Source: Candidatus Saccharimonadota bacterium (lineage in GTDB: Bacteria; Bacteroidota; Bacteroidia; Flavobacteriales; Blattabacteriaceae). From it: DNA of 32,000 nucleotides. The stretch covers positions 46,355 to 78,354 of the forward strand of contig NZ_CP104094.1 in assembly GCF_033372575.1 (NCBI RefSeq), written 5' to 3'. A program made the position numbers and the translations under genes. Positions 1-8,549 of the stretch are shown piece by piece. The notes beneath the pieces are model-generated. The model was not told where the DNA came from and searched no databases. It saw only the letters and a program-made list of their open reading frames with translations. How positions within the stretch are numbered: position 1 is the stretch's first letter; each line of letters opens with the position of its first letter.

Positions 1-78
1 TATTAAAAAAAAAAAATAAATTATTAAATTTTAATATATTAAAAAATATAATAAATTTAATTTTAAAAAAAATTTATT

Positions 79-609
79 ATGAATAATAAATATTTAATAG
101 TTGGATTAGGTAATCCAAATAATAAATTTAAATATACTAGACATAATATAGGTAAATTAATAGTTAACAAATTAATTTTTAATAATAAAAATATTAATTT
201 TAAGAATTTATATGGTATTATATATAAAAGATATTATTATAATACAAAATTATTATTTTTATTATCTAATTTTTATATGAATGAAATAGGTATATCAATA
301 AAATATTTTTTAAATAAATATAATTTAAAAATTAAAAATTTAATAATTATTTGTGATGATATTTATATAAAATTTGGTAAAATTAAATTAAAACTTAAAG
401 GTGGTTCAGGAGGACATAATGGATTAAAAAGTATAGAAAATACATTTAATACAAATAATTATATAAGAATAAAAATTGGAATAGGTAATAATTTTAAATA
501 TGGTAATCAAAATAAATATGTATTAGAAAAAATTAATAATAATGATTTAAATGTATTATATAATAAAATATATTTTTTAGTATATAATAAAATTATTAAT
601 ATTATTTAA
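79..609 (+). CDS. pth: peptidyl-tRNA hydrolase
   Basis: 176-aa ORF. The N-terminus LIVGLGNPNNKFKYTRHNIG matches the Pth signature (GLGNP...Y..TRHN.G). GGHNGLKS motif is present. TAA stop. Confidence 0.9.
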   Translation: MNNKYLIVGLGNPNNKFKYTRHNIGKLIVNKLIFNNKNINFKNLYGIIYKRYYYNTKLLFLLSNFYMNEIGISIKYFLNKYNLKIKNLIIICDDIYIKFGKIKLKLKGGSGGHNGLKSIENTFNTNNYIRIKIGIGNNFKYGNQNKYVLEKINNNDLNVLYNKIYFLVYNKIINII

Positions 610-1662
610 TTAATTTTTATAAAATTTATTTAAATTATTAATTAATTTATCTATTTCACCATTCATTATTTTTTCTAAATTGTATAATGTTAATTTTATT
701 CTATGATCAGTAACTCTATTTTGAGGAAAATTATAAGTTCTTATTTTATTTGATCTATCACCAGTAGATATTAATAATTTTCTTTTATTTTCAATATTTT
801 TTATTTTATTTAAATAAATAAATTTATATAATTTAGATTTTAATATTTTCATAGCTTTATTATAATTTTTATGTTGTGATCTTTCTTCTTGACATTCTAC
901 AATAATATTAGTAGGTAAATGTATTAATCTAACAGCTGATTCAGTTTTATTTACATGTTGTCCACCTGCTCCACTAGATCTAAAAGTAAATCTTTTTATA
1001 TCAGTTGATTGAATATTAAGATTAATATCATCTAATTTAGGTAAAACAGCAACAGTAATTGCAGAAGTATGTAATCTTCCTTGTGTTTCAGTTTTAGGTA
1101 TTCTTTGAACTCTATGAACACCAGATTCATATTTTAAATAATTATATATACCTTTTTTTTTAACATTTAATATAACTTCTCTATATCCATTATTAGATCT
1201 ATTAATATTTAATATTTCATATTTAATATGATTTTTTTTAAAATACATTATATACATTCGATATATATCTTTTACAAATAAACAAGCTTCATTTCCACCT
1301 GTACCTGAACGAATTTCAATAATAGCATAATTAATAATATTAATATTAATATTTTTAATAAAATATATAATTGATTTTTTAATAATTTTAATTTTATATT
1401 TATTATATTTTATATTATTATTAATTTCTAATAAAAATTTTTTATCATTTTTTATATGTTTTAAAATTTTATTAAATTCTTTAATTTTTATTTTATTAAT
1501 TTTATATTTTTTATATAAAAATAATAAATTATTAATAGATTTATAAATTTTATTATTATATTTTTTTTTAAAATATTTTTTTTTTCCAATTATTAAATAA
1601 TAAATGTATTTATATTTATTAATAATATTTTTAATTTTATTATAAAAAAAATATTTTTTCAT
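610..1662 (-). CDS. prfA: peptide chain release factor 1
   Basis: 350-aa ORF with GAGGQHVNKTESAVRL (GGQ motif). The RF1-type tripeptide context is RIPKTETQGRLHTS (P-x-T). Its stop abuts the pth stop with no gap (TAA|TTA). Confidence 0.9.
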   Translation of the reverse strand: MKKYFFYNKIKNIINKYKYIYYLIIGKKKYFKKKYNNKIYKSINNLLFLYKKYKINKIKIKEFNKILKHIKNDKKFLLEINNNIKYNKYKIKIIKKSIIYFIKNININIINYAIIEIRSGTGGNEACLFVKDIYRMYIMYFKKNHIKYEILNINRSNNGYREVILNVKKKGIYNYLKYESGVHRVQRIPKTETQGRLHTSAITVAVLPKLDDINLNIQSTDIKRFTFRSSGAGGQHVNKTESAVRLIHLPTNIIVECQEERSQHKNYNKAMKILKSKLYKFIYLNKIKNIENKRKLLISTGDRSNKIRTYNFPQNRVTDHRIKLTLYNLEKIMNGEIDKLINNLNKFYKN

Positions 1663-1665
1663 ATA

Positions 1666-2628
1666 ATGAATTTAATAAAAATAATAGATAAATATATTAA
1701 AAAAATAAAAAAAAATAAATTTAATAATTTAGAAATAATTAATATAAAAAAAAAATTTTTAAGTAAAAATGGAATTATTAATAAATTATTAATAAATTTA
1801 AAAAAAATAAAAGATAAAAAAAAAACTGGAATAAAAATTAATTTTTTAAAAAGTGAAATATTAAAAATAATTAAAAATAATAATAATAATATTAATAAAA
1901 ATAATAAAATTGATTATGATTTTTTTTATATTAAAAAAAAACAATATAAATTAGGATCAAAAAATCCAATTTATTTAATAAAAGAAAAAATAAAATATTT
2001 ATTAATTAATTTAAATTTTAAATTTATAGATAATAAAGAAATAGAAGAGGATTGGTATAATTTTACTTCTTTAAATTTTACTAAATATCATCCTTCTAGA
2101 AATATGCAAGATACATTTTTTATAAATAATAATATTTTATTAAGAACACATACATCTTCTATACAAATTAGATATATGAAAAATAATAAACCTCCAATTA
2201 AAGTTTTTACTTTTGGTAAAGTATATAGAAATGAATCAATATCTTATTCGTCATTTAATATGTTTCATCAAATTGAATTATTATATATTAATAAAAATGT
2301 TTCAATAATAGATTTAAAAAATATTATATTATATTTATTGAAAAATTTATTTTATAATAAATATAAATATAGATATAGAATCTCTTATTTTCCTTTTACA
2401 AAACCTAGTTTTGAAATAGATTTATATTATAACAAAAAATGGGTAGAAATTATTGGTTGTGGTTTAGTAAATAAAAAAGTATTAAATAATGTTAACATAA
2501 ATTATAATAAATATTCAGGTTTTGCCTTAGGACTAGGAATAGAAAGAATAGCAATGATATTTTATAATATTAATGATATAAGAGAATTTTTTAAAAATGA
2601 TATAAGATTTATAAAACAATTTAAATAA
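1666..2628 (+). CDS. pheS: phenylalanyl-tRNA synthetase alpha subunit
   Basis: 320-aa ORF with HPSRNMQDTFF, LLRTHTSSIQIR and GFALGLGIERIAMI, the class II PheS core motifs. Confidence 0.9.
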   Translation: MNLIKIIDKYIKKIKKNKFNNLEIINIKKKFLSKNGIINKLLINLKKIKDKKKTGIKINFLKSEILKIIKNNNNNINKNNKIDYDFFYIKKKQYKLGSKNPIYLIKEKIKYLLINLNFKFIDNKEIEEDWYNFTSLNFTKYHPSRNMQDTFFINNNILLRTHTSSIQIRYMKNNKPPIKVFTFGKVYRNESISYSSFNMFHQIELLYINKNVSIIDLKNIILYLLKNLFYNKYKYRYRISYFPFTKPSFEIDLYYNKKWVEIIGCGLVNKKVLNNVNINYNKYSGFALGLGIERIAMIFYNINDIREFFKNDIRFIKQFK

Positions 2629-3367
2629 TTTTATTTCTATTTATTTCATATAATATTATTCCACATGCTACAGAAACATTTAATGATGATATTTTATTAC
2701 TTATTATAGGAATTTTAATTTTATAATTAGATAATGATAATATATTATTTGAAATTCCTTTTTCTTCATTACCAAATATTAATGCAAATGATGTAATATT
2801 TTTAAAAAAATTTATACAATTATTATTAGATTTTTCTGTAATAGATATTATTTTAATATTTTTTTTTTTTAAATATTTAATAGTATTTTCTATATTTTTA
2901 ACTTTACATATATTTATTTTAAATATTGCTCCTGAAGAAATTTTTATTATTTCAGGATTAAAAATATAATAATTTTTTGGTATTATAATTAAATTTATAT
3001 TTAAACAAACACTACTTCTTATAATTGATCCTATATTTTTTGTATCTGTAATATTATATAATATTAATATTTTTAAATTATTATTATAATTAATATTATT
3101 TAATATTATTTTTTTTATAAAATATATATAAGCTATTATTCCTTGGTAATTTATTTTTTTATTATTTTTATTATTTTTAATTATATTTTCAATATAATTT
3201 TTATTTAAAAATTTAATAGAAATATTTTTTTTTTTAATATTATTAATTAAATTTGAATATTTATAAATTTTATTTTTATCAATAATTATTAATAATATTT
3301 TTATTTTATTAGAATTAATTGCTTCTTTAATAGTATGATATCCATATATTAAAATTTTATCATTCAT
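2621..3367 (-). CDS. rlmB: SpoU/TrmH-family RNA 2'-O-methyltransferase (RlmB-like)
   Basis: 248-aa ORF. The N-terminus IYGYHTIKEAI resembles the RlmB substrate-binding domain. The C-terminal SpoU motifs are FGNEEKGIS and SSLNVSVACGIILYE. It overlaps the pheS 3' end convergently by 8 nt. Confidence 0.75.
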   Translation of the reverse strand: MNDKILIYGYHTIKEAINSNKIKILLIIIDKNKIYKYSNLINNIKKKNISIKFLNKNYIENIIKNNKNNKKINYQGIIAYIYFIKKIILNNINYNNNLKILILYNITDTKNIGSIIRSSVCLNINLIIIPKNYYIFNPEIIKISSGAIFKINICKVKNIENTIKYLKKKNIKIISITEKSNNNCINFFKNITSFALIFGNEEKGISNNILSLSNYKIKIPIISNKISSLNVSVACGIILYEINRNKII

Positions 3368-3418
3368 ATAAATTATAATAATTTTAATTATAATTTATAA
3401 AAATAATAAAACTCTTTA

Positions 3419-5260
3419 ATGAATAATAATATTTTTAAATTAGATAAAAAATATAATTTATTTAAAAAATATTTAAATAATTTAAAATTTCTTAATGAAA
3501 ATGATATATATGTCGGTAAAATTATTAATATATTGGAAGATTATGTAATTATTAATTATGGTGGAAAATTTGAAGGTATTATTCCTTTAAATGAATTTAA
3601 AAATAAAAAAATTAAAATAGGTGATAAAATTAATATAATAATTTTAAAATTAGATTATAATGGTAAATGTATAATATCATATAAAAAAGCTAAAAAATTA
3701 AAATATTGGATTAAACTTATTAATGATTATAAAAATAAAAAAATTTTAAAAGGTAAAATAGTAAATAAAACTAAAGGTGGATTAATAATAAAATTATATA
3801 ATAATATATTAAGTTTTTTACCAGGTTCTCAAATAGATATAAATAATAATTATAATTATGTAGATAGTACTATTGATGTACAAATATTAAATATTAATTA
3901 TAGAAATAATAATGTTATAGTATCACATAAAAAATTAATAGAACAAGATATAGAAAATAAAAAATATCATTTAATGATTGGATTATATAAAGGAAAAATA
4001 ATATATGCTCCAATTAAAAATATTACTTCTTATGGAGCTTATGTAGATATAAATGGTTTAGAAGGATTATTACAGGTAAAGGATATATCATGGAAAAATT
4101 TAGATAATCCATTAAAATATTTAAAAATAGGGAAATTATATAAATTTATAGTTTTAAATATTGATAAAAAAAAATTTAGAGTACAATTAGGATTAAAACA
4201 TTTAATGGAAAAACCATGGAATTTATTAATTAAAAAAATTAAAATAGGTATAATAATTAATGTAAAAGTAAATATAATAAAAGATAATGTAGTATATGTA
4301 TATATTAAATATGGTATTGTTGGATTATTACATTTTTCAGAAATATCATGGTTTAATACAAAAAATAAAATTAAAATAAATGATAAATTAAAATGTAAAA
4401 TAATAAATATAGATGAAAAAAATAAAAAAATATTTTTAAGTATAAAACAATTACATAAAGATCCATTTAAAAAAATAATAAAAAAATATAAAATTGGTAC
4501 AGTACATAAAGGAAAAATAATAAATAATAATTTAATACTTAAATTAAAAAAAAAATTTAATATTTTCTTTCATTTATTAGACAAAGATATATATAAAGAA
4601 AATATTAAATTTATTGTTTATTATATAGATATAAGAAAAGTATTATTAACAACTAAAATAATAAATAAAAACAAATGGAAAAAATATAAAAAATTATATA
4701 ATGTAAATAGTATACATAATGGAAAAATAAAATATATTTATAAGTACTACTATTTTATAAAAACTGAATTACATGATAATTTACTTCTATTAATGAATTT
4801 TGATAAGAAAAATAAAATATATAAAATTAATTTTAGAATTAAATTTAAAGTATTAAAAATTAATTATCCAAATATTCTGGTATTACCTGTATTAACATTA
4901 TTACAAGTATCTTCGTTAGTAGATTTAAATGTATTTACAATAATAAAAAAAATATTAAAAGTAGATAAAAAACCTTTAATAATAAAACAATATAAATCTT
5001 TAAAAGCAAAAAAAGCTTTTAAAACTAAACAAGCTTTAAAAACTAAACAAGCTTTAACAACTAAAAAATCTTTAAAACCTAAAAAATCTTTAAAAGATAA
5101 AGAATCTTTAAAAGATAAAAAATCTTTAAAAGATAAAGAATCTTTAAAAGATAAAGAATCTTTAAATACTAAAAAATCTTTAAAAACTAAAAAATCTTTA
5201 AATACTAAAAAATCTTTAAAAACTAAAAAATCTTTAAAAGATAAAAAAGATTTAAAATAA
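3419..5260 (+). CDS. rpsA: 30S ribosomal protein S1 with a Lys-rich tandem-repeat C-terminal tail
   Basis: 613-aa ORF with several S1-domain repeats (for example GKIINILEDYVIINYGGKFEGIIPLNEF, GKIVNKTKGGLIIKL, YAPIKNITSYGAYVDINGLEGLLQVKDISW). The last ~88 aa are the repeat (K/E)SLK(D/T)K. Confidence 0.85.
   Translation: MNNNIFKLDKKYNLFKKYLNNLKFLNENDIYVGKIINILEDYVIINYGGKFEGIIPLNEFKNKKIKIGDKINIIILKLDYNGKCIISYKKAKKLKYWIKLINDYKNKKILKGKIVNKTKGGLIIKLYNNILSFLPGSQIDINNNYNYVDSTIDVQILNINYRNNNVIVSHKKLIEQDIENKKYHLMIGLYKGKIIYAPIKNITSYGAYVDINGLEGLLQVKDISWKNLDNPLKYLKIGKLYKFIVLNIDKKKFRVQLGLKHLMEKPWNLLIKKIKIGIIINVKVNIIKDNVVYVYIKYGIVGLLHFSEISWFNTKNKIKINDKLKCKIINIDEKNKKIFLSIKQLHKDPFKKIIKKYKIGTVHKGKIINNNLILKLKKKFNIFFHLLDKDIYKENIKFIVYYIDIRKVLLTTKIINKNKWKKYKKLYNVNSIHNGKIKYIYKYYYFIKTELHDNLLLLMNFDKKNKIYKINFRIKFKVLKINYPNILVLPVLTLLQVSSLVDLNVFTIIKKILKVDKKPLIIKQYKSLKAKKAFKTKQALKTKQALTTKKSLKPKKSLKDKESLKDKKSLKDKESLKDKESLNTKKSLKTKKSLNTKKSLKTKKSLKDKKDLK
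4994..5257 (+). repeat. 18-nt (6-codon) in-frame tandem repeat, about 14.5 units, at the 3' end of rpsA
   Basis: Directly visible units are aaaaaatctttaaaagat / aaagaatctttaaaagat / aaaaaatctttaaaaact / aaaaaatctttaaatact. A 36-nt higher-order unit (KSLNTKKSLKTK) occurs twice. Confidence 0.9.
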
Positions 5261-5264
5261 GAGT

Positions 5265-5309
5265 AAATAAAATTAAAAATATATTTTTAATATATTTTTA
5301 ATTTTATTT
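5265..5309 (+). terminator. perfect 18-bp A/T-only hairpin (9-nt loop) downstream of rpsA
   Basis: The left arm aaataaaattaaaaatat (5265..5282) is the exact reverse complement of atatttttaattttattt (5292..5309). It lies 5 nt after the rpsA stop. The stem has no G/C, so terminator function is uncertain. Confidence 0.3.
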
Positions 5310-5338
5310 ATTAAAAAATATTTAAATTTTATATTAAT

Positions 5339-5689
5339 ATGAATAAACATTATGAAACAATTATAGTATTTACTCCAGATTTATTAGAAATAGAAAGTTG
5401 TTATGAAGAATATAAAAATTTTTTAATAAAAAAGAATGTAAAAATAATAAAAGAAGAAAAATTTGGATTAAAAAAATTAGCATATACTATAAAAAAAAAA
5501 AAAAATGGAATTTTTTATTTATTAGAATATGAAAGTGAAACTAAATTTATTAAAAAAATTAATTTAAAAATGATACAAGATGAACGTATATTAAGATTTT
5601 TAACAATAAAAATGAATAAATACGCTATAGAATATTCACAAAAAAAAAATAATTATAAAAATAATAATTATTTATTATCTTTAGAGTAA
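5339..5689 (+). CDS. rpsF: 30S ribosomal protein S6
   Basis: 116-aa ORF. The N-terminus MNKHYETIIVFTPDL and the segments KFGLKKLAYTI and GIFYLLEYES fit S6. It contains an A15 run (5491..5505). Confidence 0.85.
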   Translation: MNKHYETIIVFTPDLLEIESCYEEYKNFLIKKNVKIIKEEKFGLKKLAYTIKKKKNGIFYLLEYESETKFIKKINLKMIQDERILRFLTIKMNKYAIEYSQKKNNYKNNNYLLSLE

Positions 5690-5699
5690 AAAAAATATC

Positions 5700-6134
5700 A
5701 TGATAAAAATAATTTTAAAAAAAAATATTAAAAATTTAGGATTAAAAAATGAAATTAAAATTGTTAAATTTGGTTATGCAATAAATTATTTAATTCCTAA
5801 AAATTATGCTGTAATAGCAACTAAATTAGAAATAAAAAAAAATAATGAAATAATAAAACAAAAAAAAAAAATTATAGATAAAATTAATAAAAATATTGAA
5901 AAGCTTAAAAAGTTAAATATTATTTTTAAAGTAAAAACTAAAAAAAATGGTATTATTTATGGCACTATTACAAAAAAAGATATAATAAATAAATTAAAAG
6001 AAAATAATATAAAAATTAATAAAAATAATATTTTATTAAAAAAAAAAATTAGAAGAATAGGAAATTATAAAATAATAATTAAATATTTAAAATATAAATC
6101 TATATATATTAAAATTAATGTATTAAATAATTAA
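5700..6134 (+). CDS. rplI: 50S ribosomal protein L9
   Basis: 144-aa ORF. MIKIILKKNIKNLGLKNEIKIVKFGYAINYLIPKNYAV matches the L9 N-terminal domain (V.LL.DV..LG..G....V..GYARN.LIP...A). Confidence 0.85.
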   Translation: MIKIILKKNIKNLGLKNEIKIVKFGYAINYLIPKNYAVIATKLEIKKNNEIIKQKKKIIDKINKNIEKLKKLNIIFKVKTKKNGIIYGTITKKDIINKLKENNIKINKNNILLKKKIRRIGNYKIIIKYLKYKSIYIKINVLNN

Positions 6135-6146
6135 TAAATTATTATT

Positions 6147-7100
6147 TTAATTAATTATATAATTATTTATATAATTATAAATAATTTCATTAATATTACC
6201 ATTGATTATTTTATCAATATTTTTAGTTTTATAACCAGTTTTTAGATCTTTAATTAATTTATATGGATGCATAATATAATTTCTAGTATGTGATAAAATT
6301 TCTTCTTTTTTATTTTCTTTATCAATTAATTTATTAAATAATTTATATTTTAATAATTTAATAGCATATTTTTTATTAATTATTTGATATCTAGTTTTAG
6401 TACATTCTACTGTTATATTAGAAGGAATATGTTTAATTCTTACACCAGTTTCTACTTTATTTACATTTTGTCCTCCTGCCCCACTTGATCTAAAAGTATT
6501 AATTATTAAATCCTTATAATTTATTTTAATATTATTTTTTTTTTTAATTAAAGGTAATATATAAACATATGCATAAGAAGTTTGTCTTTTATTTAGTTTA
6601 TTAAAAGGTGATTTTCTAATTAATTTATGTATACCGTTTTCCCCATGTAAATAACCATAAGCATATTTATTTTTTATTTCTATTAAAGAAGATTTTTTAT
6701 TATTATCTTTTATTGAATTAATTATTACATAAGATAAATTATTTTTTTTTGCCCACATTATATACATTCTTTCTAGAATTTCTACCCAATTATAACTATC
6801 TTTTCCACCAATACCAGTCTTTATTTTAATTAAAGCATTAAATTTATATTTTTTAGGAAATATTATTTCTTTTAATTTTTCTATTAATTTATAAATTTTT
6901 TTTTTATATATATTTATTTCATATTTAATATTATTATTTTCAAATAAATTATATAATAATTTTATATCTTTATTAATTGACATAATAATATTATAAATTT
7001 TTATTATTTTTTTATGTTTATTTAATTTTCTTAATTTTTCTATATTTATTATATTTTTTATATTATTAATTGTAATATTTATATCGTCATTTATAAACAT
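6147..7100 (-). CDS. prfB: peptide chain release factor 2 (single uninterrupted frame)
   Basis: 317-aa ORF with the SPF tripeptide (RKSPFNKLNKRQTS) and GGQ (SGAGGQNVNKVETGVRIKH). The ATG lies 4 nt downstream of the tRNA-Ser 3' end. There is no room or signal for the usual +1 frameshift leader. Confidence 0.88.
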   Translation of the reverse strand: MFINDDINITINNIKNIINIEKLRKLNKHKKIIKIYNIIMSINKDIKLLYNLFENNNIKYEINIYKKKIYKLIEKLKEIIFPKKYKFNALIKIKTGIGGKDSYNWVEILERMYIMWAKKNNLSYVIINSIKDNNKKSSLIEIKNKYAYGYLHGENGIHKLIRKSPFNKLNKRQTSYAYVYILPLIKKKNNIKINYKDLIINTFRSSGAGGQNVNKVETGVRIKHIPSNITVECTKTRYQIINKKYAIKLLKYKLFNKLIDKENKKEEILSHTRNYIMHPYKLIKDLKTGYKTKNIDKIINGNINEIIYNYINNYIIN

Positions 7101-7104
7101 ATAA

Positions 7105-7193
7105 CGGAGAGAGAGGGATTCGAACCCCCGTAAGAATTAATATTCTTAAACGGTTTTCAAGACCGTCGCATTTAACCACTCTGCCATCTCTCC
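7105..7193 (-). tRNA. tRNA-Ser (anticodon UGA), long variable arm
   Basis: Hand-folded sequence: GGAGAGA-TG-GCAG..., anticodon arm ACGGT-CTTGAAA-ACCGT, variable stem AAGAAT/ATTCTT, T arm with loop TTCGAAT, acceptor 3' strand TCTCTCC plus discriminator G. No CCA is encoded. Confidence 0.9.
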
Positions 7194-7195
7194 TT

Positions 7196-7267
7196 TGACG
7201 TAAGGGGGAGTTGAACCCCCGACATTTGGGTTATGAAACCAATACTCTACCACTGAGTTATTACGTC
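7196..7267 (-). tRNA. tRNA with CAU anticodon, probably elongator tRNA-Met
   Basis: Hand-folded sequence: GACGTAA...GTTTCATAACCC...GGGGG-TTCAACT-CCCCC-TTACGTC-A. G1-C72 is paired, so it is not an initiator. Met versus lysidine-modified Ile2 cannot be decided from sequence alone. Confidence 0.8.
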
Positions 7268-7290
7268 TTTATATAGTATAATATAATAAA

Positions 7291-8448
7291 ATGTATAATA
7301 AAAATATATTAATAGGAGTATTTAAAAATTTTAAATATAAATCGGTAGAATATTTAAATGAATTAGAAAATCTTTTAAAGGTATTTAATGGTAAAGTAAA
7401 AAAAAAATTTTTACAAAGAAGATTTAAACCACATAATTTAACATATGTAGGTAAAGGTTTTTTAAAAAAAGTTGCTTTATATGTTAAGGAAAATTTAATT
7501 GATACTGTTATATTTGATGATGAATTAACATTAAGTCAAATAAAAAATATTGAAAAAGAAATAAAATGTATAATATCTGATAGAACTAAATTAATATTAG
7601 ATATTTTTTTATATAAATCAAAAACATCATATTCTAAAATGCAAATTAAATTGGCTCAATATGAATATTTATTACCTAGATTAACTCATATGTGGAGTCA
7701 TTTAAAAAGACAAAAAGGTGGTATTGGATTACGTGGACCTGGAGAAAAAGAAATAGAAACAGATAGAAGATTAATTAAAAATTCTATTTTGATATTAAAA
7801 AAAAAAATAAAAAAATTAAATAATCAATTATTAATTCAAAGAAAGAGAAGAAAAAATAAAGTATCAATATCATTAATTGGATATACGAATGTAGGTAAAT
7901 CTACAATAATTAGTAAATTAACAAAAAAAAAATTATTAATTGATAATAAATTTTTTACAACTTTAGATACTAAAGTAAATAATTATTATTTTAAAAATAA
8001 AATATTTTTAATAGTTGATACTATAGGATTTATAAGAAAAATTCCTACTACATTAATAGAATCATTTAAATCTACTTTATTAGAAATAAAAAAATCAGAC
8101 ATTATTTTACATATAGTAGATATATCATCTAATTTTGTAATTGATAAATTTTTATATATAATGAATTTTTTATTAAAATTAAATTTAATAAAAAAAAAAA
8201 TAATAATTGTTTTTAATAAAATAGATAAAATAAAAAATTTTAATGTTTTATATATAAAAAATTTATTTAAAAATAAAAATTTATTATTAAAAAATAATTA
8301 TATTTATTTTATTTATAAAAAAAAAAATAAAATATATAAAAAAAAAATAAAATTCATATTTTTTACTAAACAAAATAATATATATATAAATAAATTAAAA
8401 GAATTAATTTTAATGGTCTCGGCTGGATTTGAACCAGCGACCTCTTGA
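7291..8448 (+). CDS. hflX: GTPase HflX
   Basis: 385-aa ORF. The HflX N-domain is present (LPRLTHMWSHLKRQKGGIGLRGPGEKEIETDRR), as are the G motifs GYTNVGKST, DTIGFI and NKID. The last 35 nt, including the TGA stop, run antisense through the tRNA gene at 8414..8488. Confidence 0.88.
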   Translation: MYNKNILIGVFKNFKYKSVEYLNELENLLKVFNGKVKKKFLQRRFKPHNLTYVGKGFLKKVALYVKENLIDTVIFDDELTLSQIKNIEKEIKCIISDRTKLILDIFLYKSKTSYSKMQIKLAQYEYLLPRLTHMWSHLKRQKGGIGLRGPGEKEIETDRRLIKNSILILKKKIKKLNNQLLIQRKRRKNKVSISLIGYTNVGKSTIISKLTKKKLLIDNKFFTTLDTKVNNYYFKNKIFLIVDTIGFIRKIPTTLIESFKSTLLEIKKSDIILHIVDISSNFVIDKFLYIMNFLLKLNLIKKKIIIVFNKIDKIKNFNVLYIKNLFKNKNLLLKNNYIYFIYKKKNKIYKKKIKFIFFTKQNNIYINKLKELILMVSAGFEPATS

Positions 8449-8488
8449 TTATGAGTCAAGTGCTATAACCAAACTAAGCTACGAGACC
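8414..8488 (-). tRNA. tRNA with CAU anticodon, probably tRNA-Ile2 (lysidine)
   Basis: Hand-folded sequence: GGTCTCG-TA-GCTT..., anticodon arm CTTGA-CTCATAA-TCAAG, AGGTC, T arm GCTGG-TTCAAAT-CCAGC, acceptor CGAGACC-A. The T arm and variable region resemble my recollection of E. coli ileX. It lies 61 nt downstream of ileS on the same strand. The Ile2 versus Met call is tentative. Confidence 0.75.
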
Positions 8489-8549
8489 AATAATATATAT
8501 TAATATAATATTAATATAATATTAATATAATAATTAATATAATAATATA

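Noticed and set aside
1-78. Promoter calls (TATAAT-like or TAnnTTTG-like boxes) upstream of pth and other genes
   Set aside because: At this A+T content, -10-like hexamers occur every few dozen bases on both strands. Any specific promoter call from sequence alone would be unsupported.
8499-8543. 11-nt tandem repeat (attaatataat x3 plus a 12-nt variant) in the tRNA-ileS spacer
   Set aside because: It is real but short and pure A/T, and is what slippage produces in this base composition. I found no evidence of function. I noted it only as low-complexity intergenic DNA.
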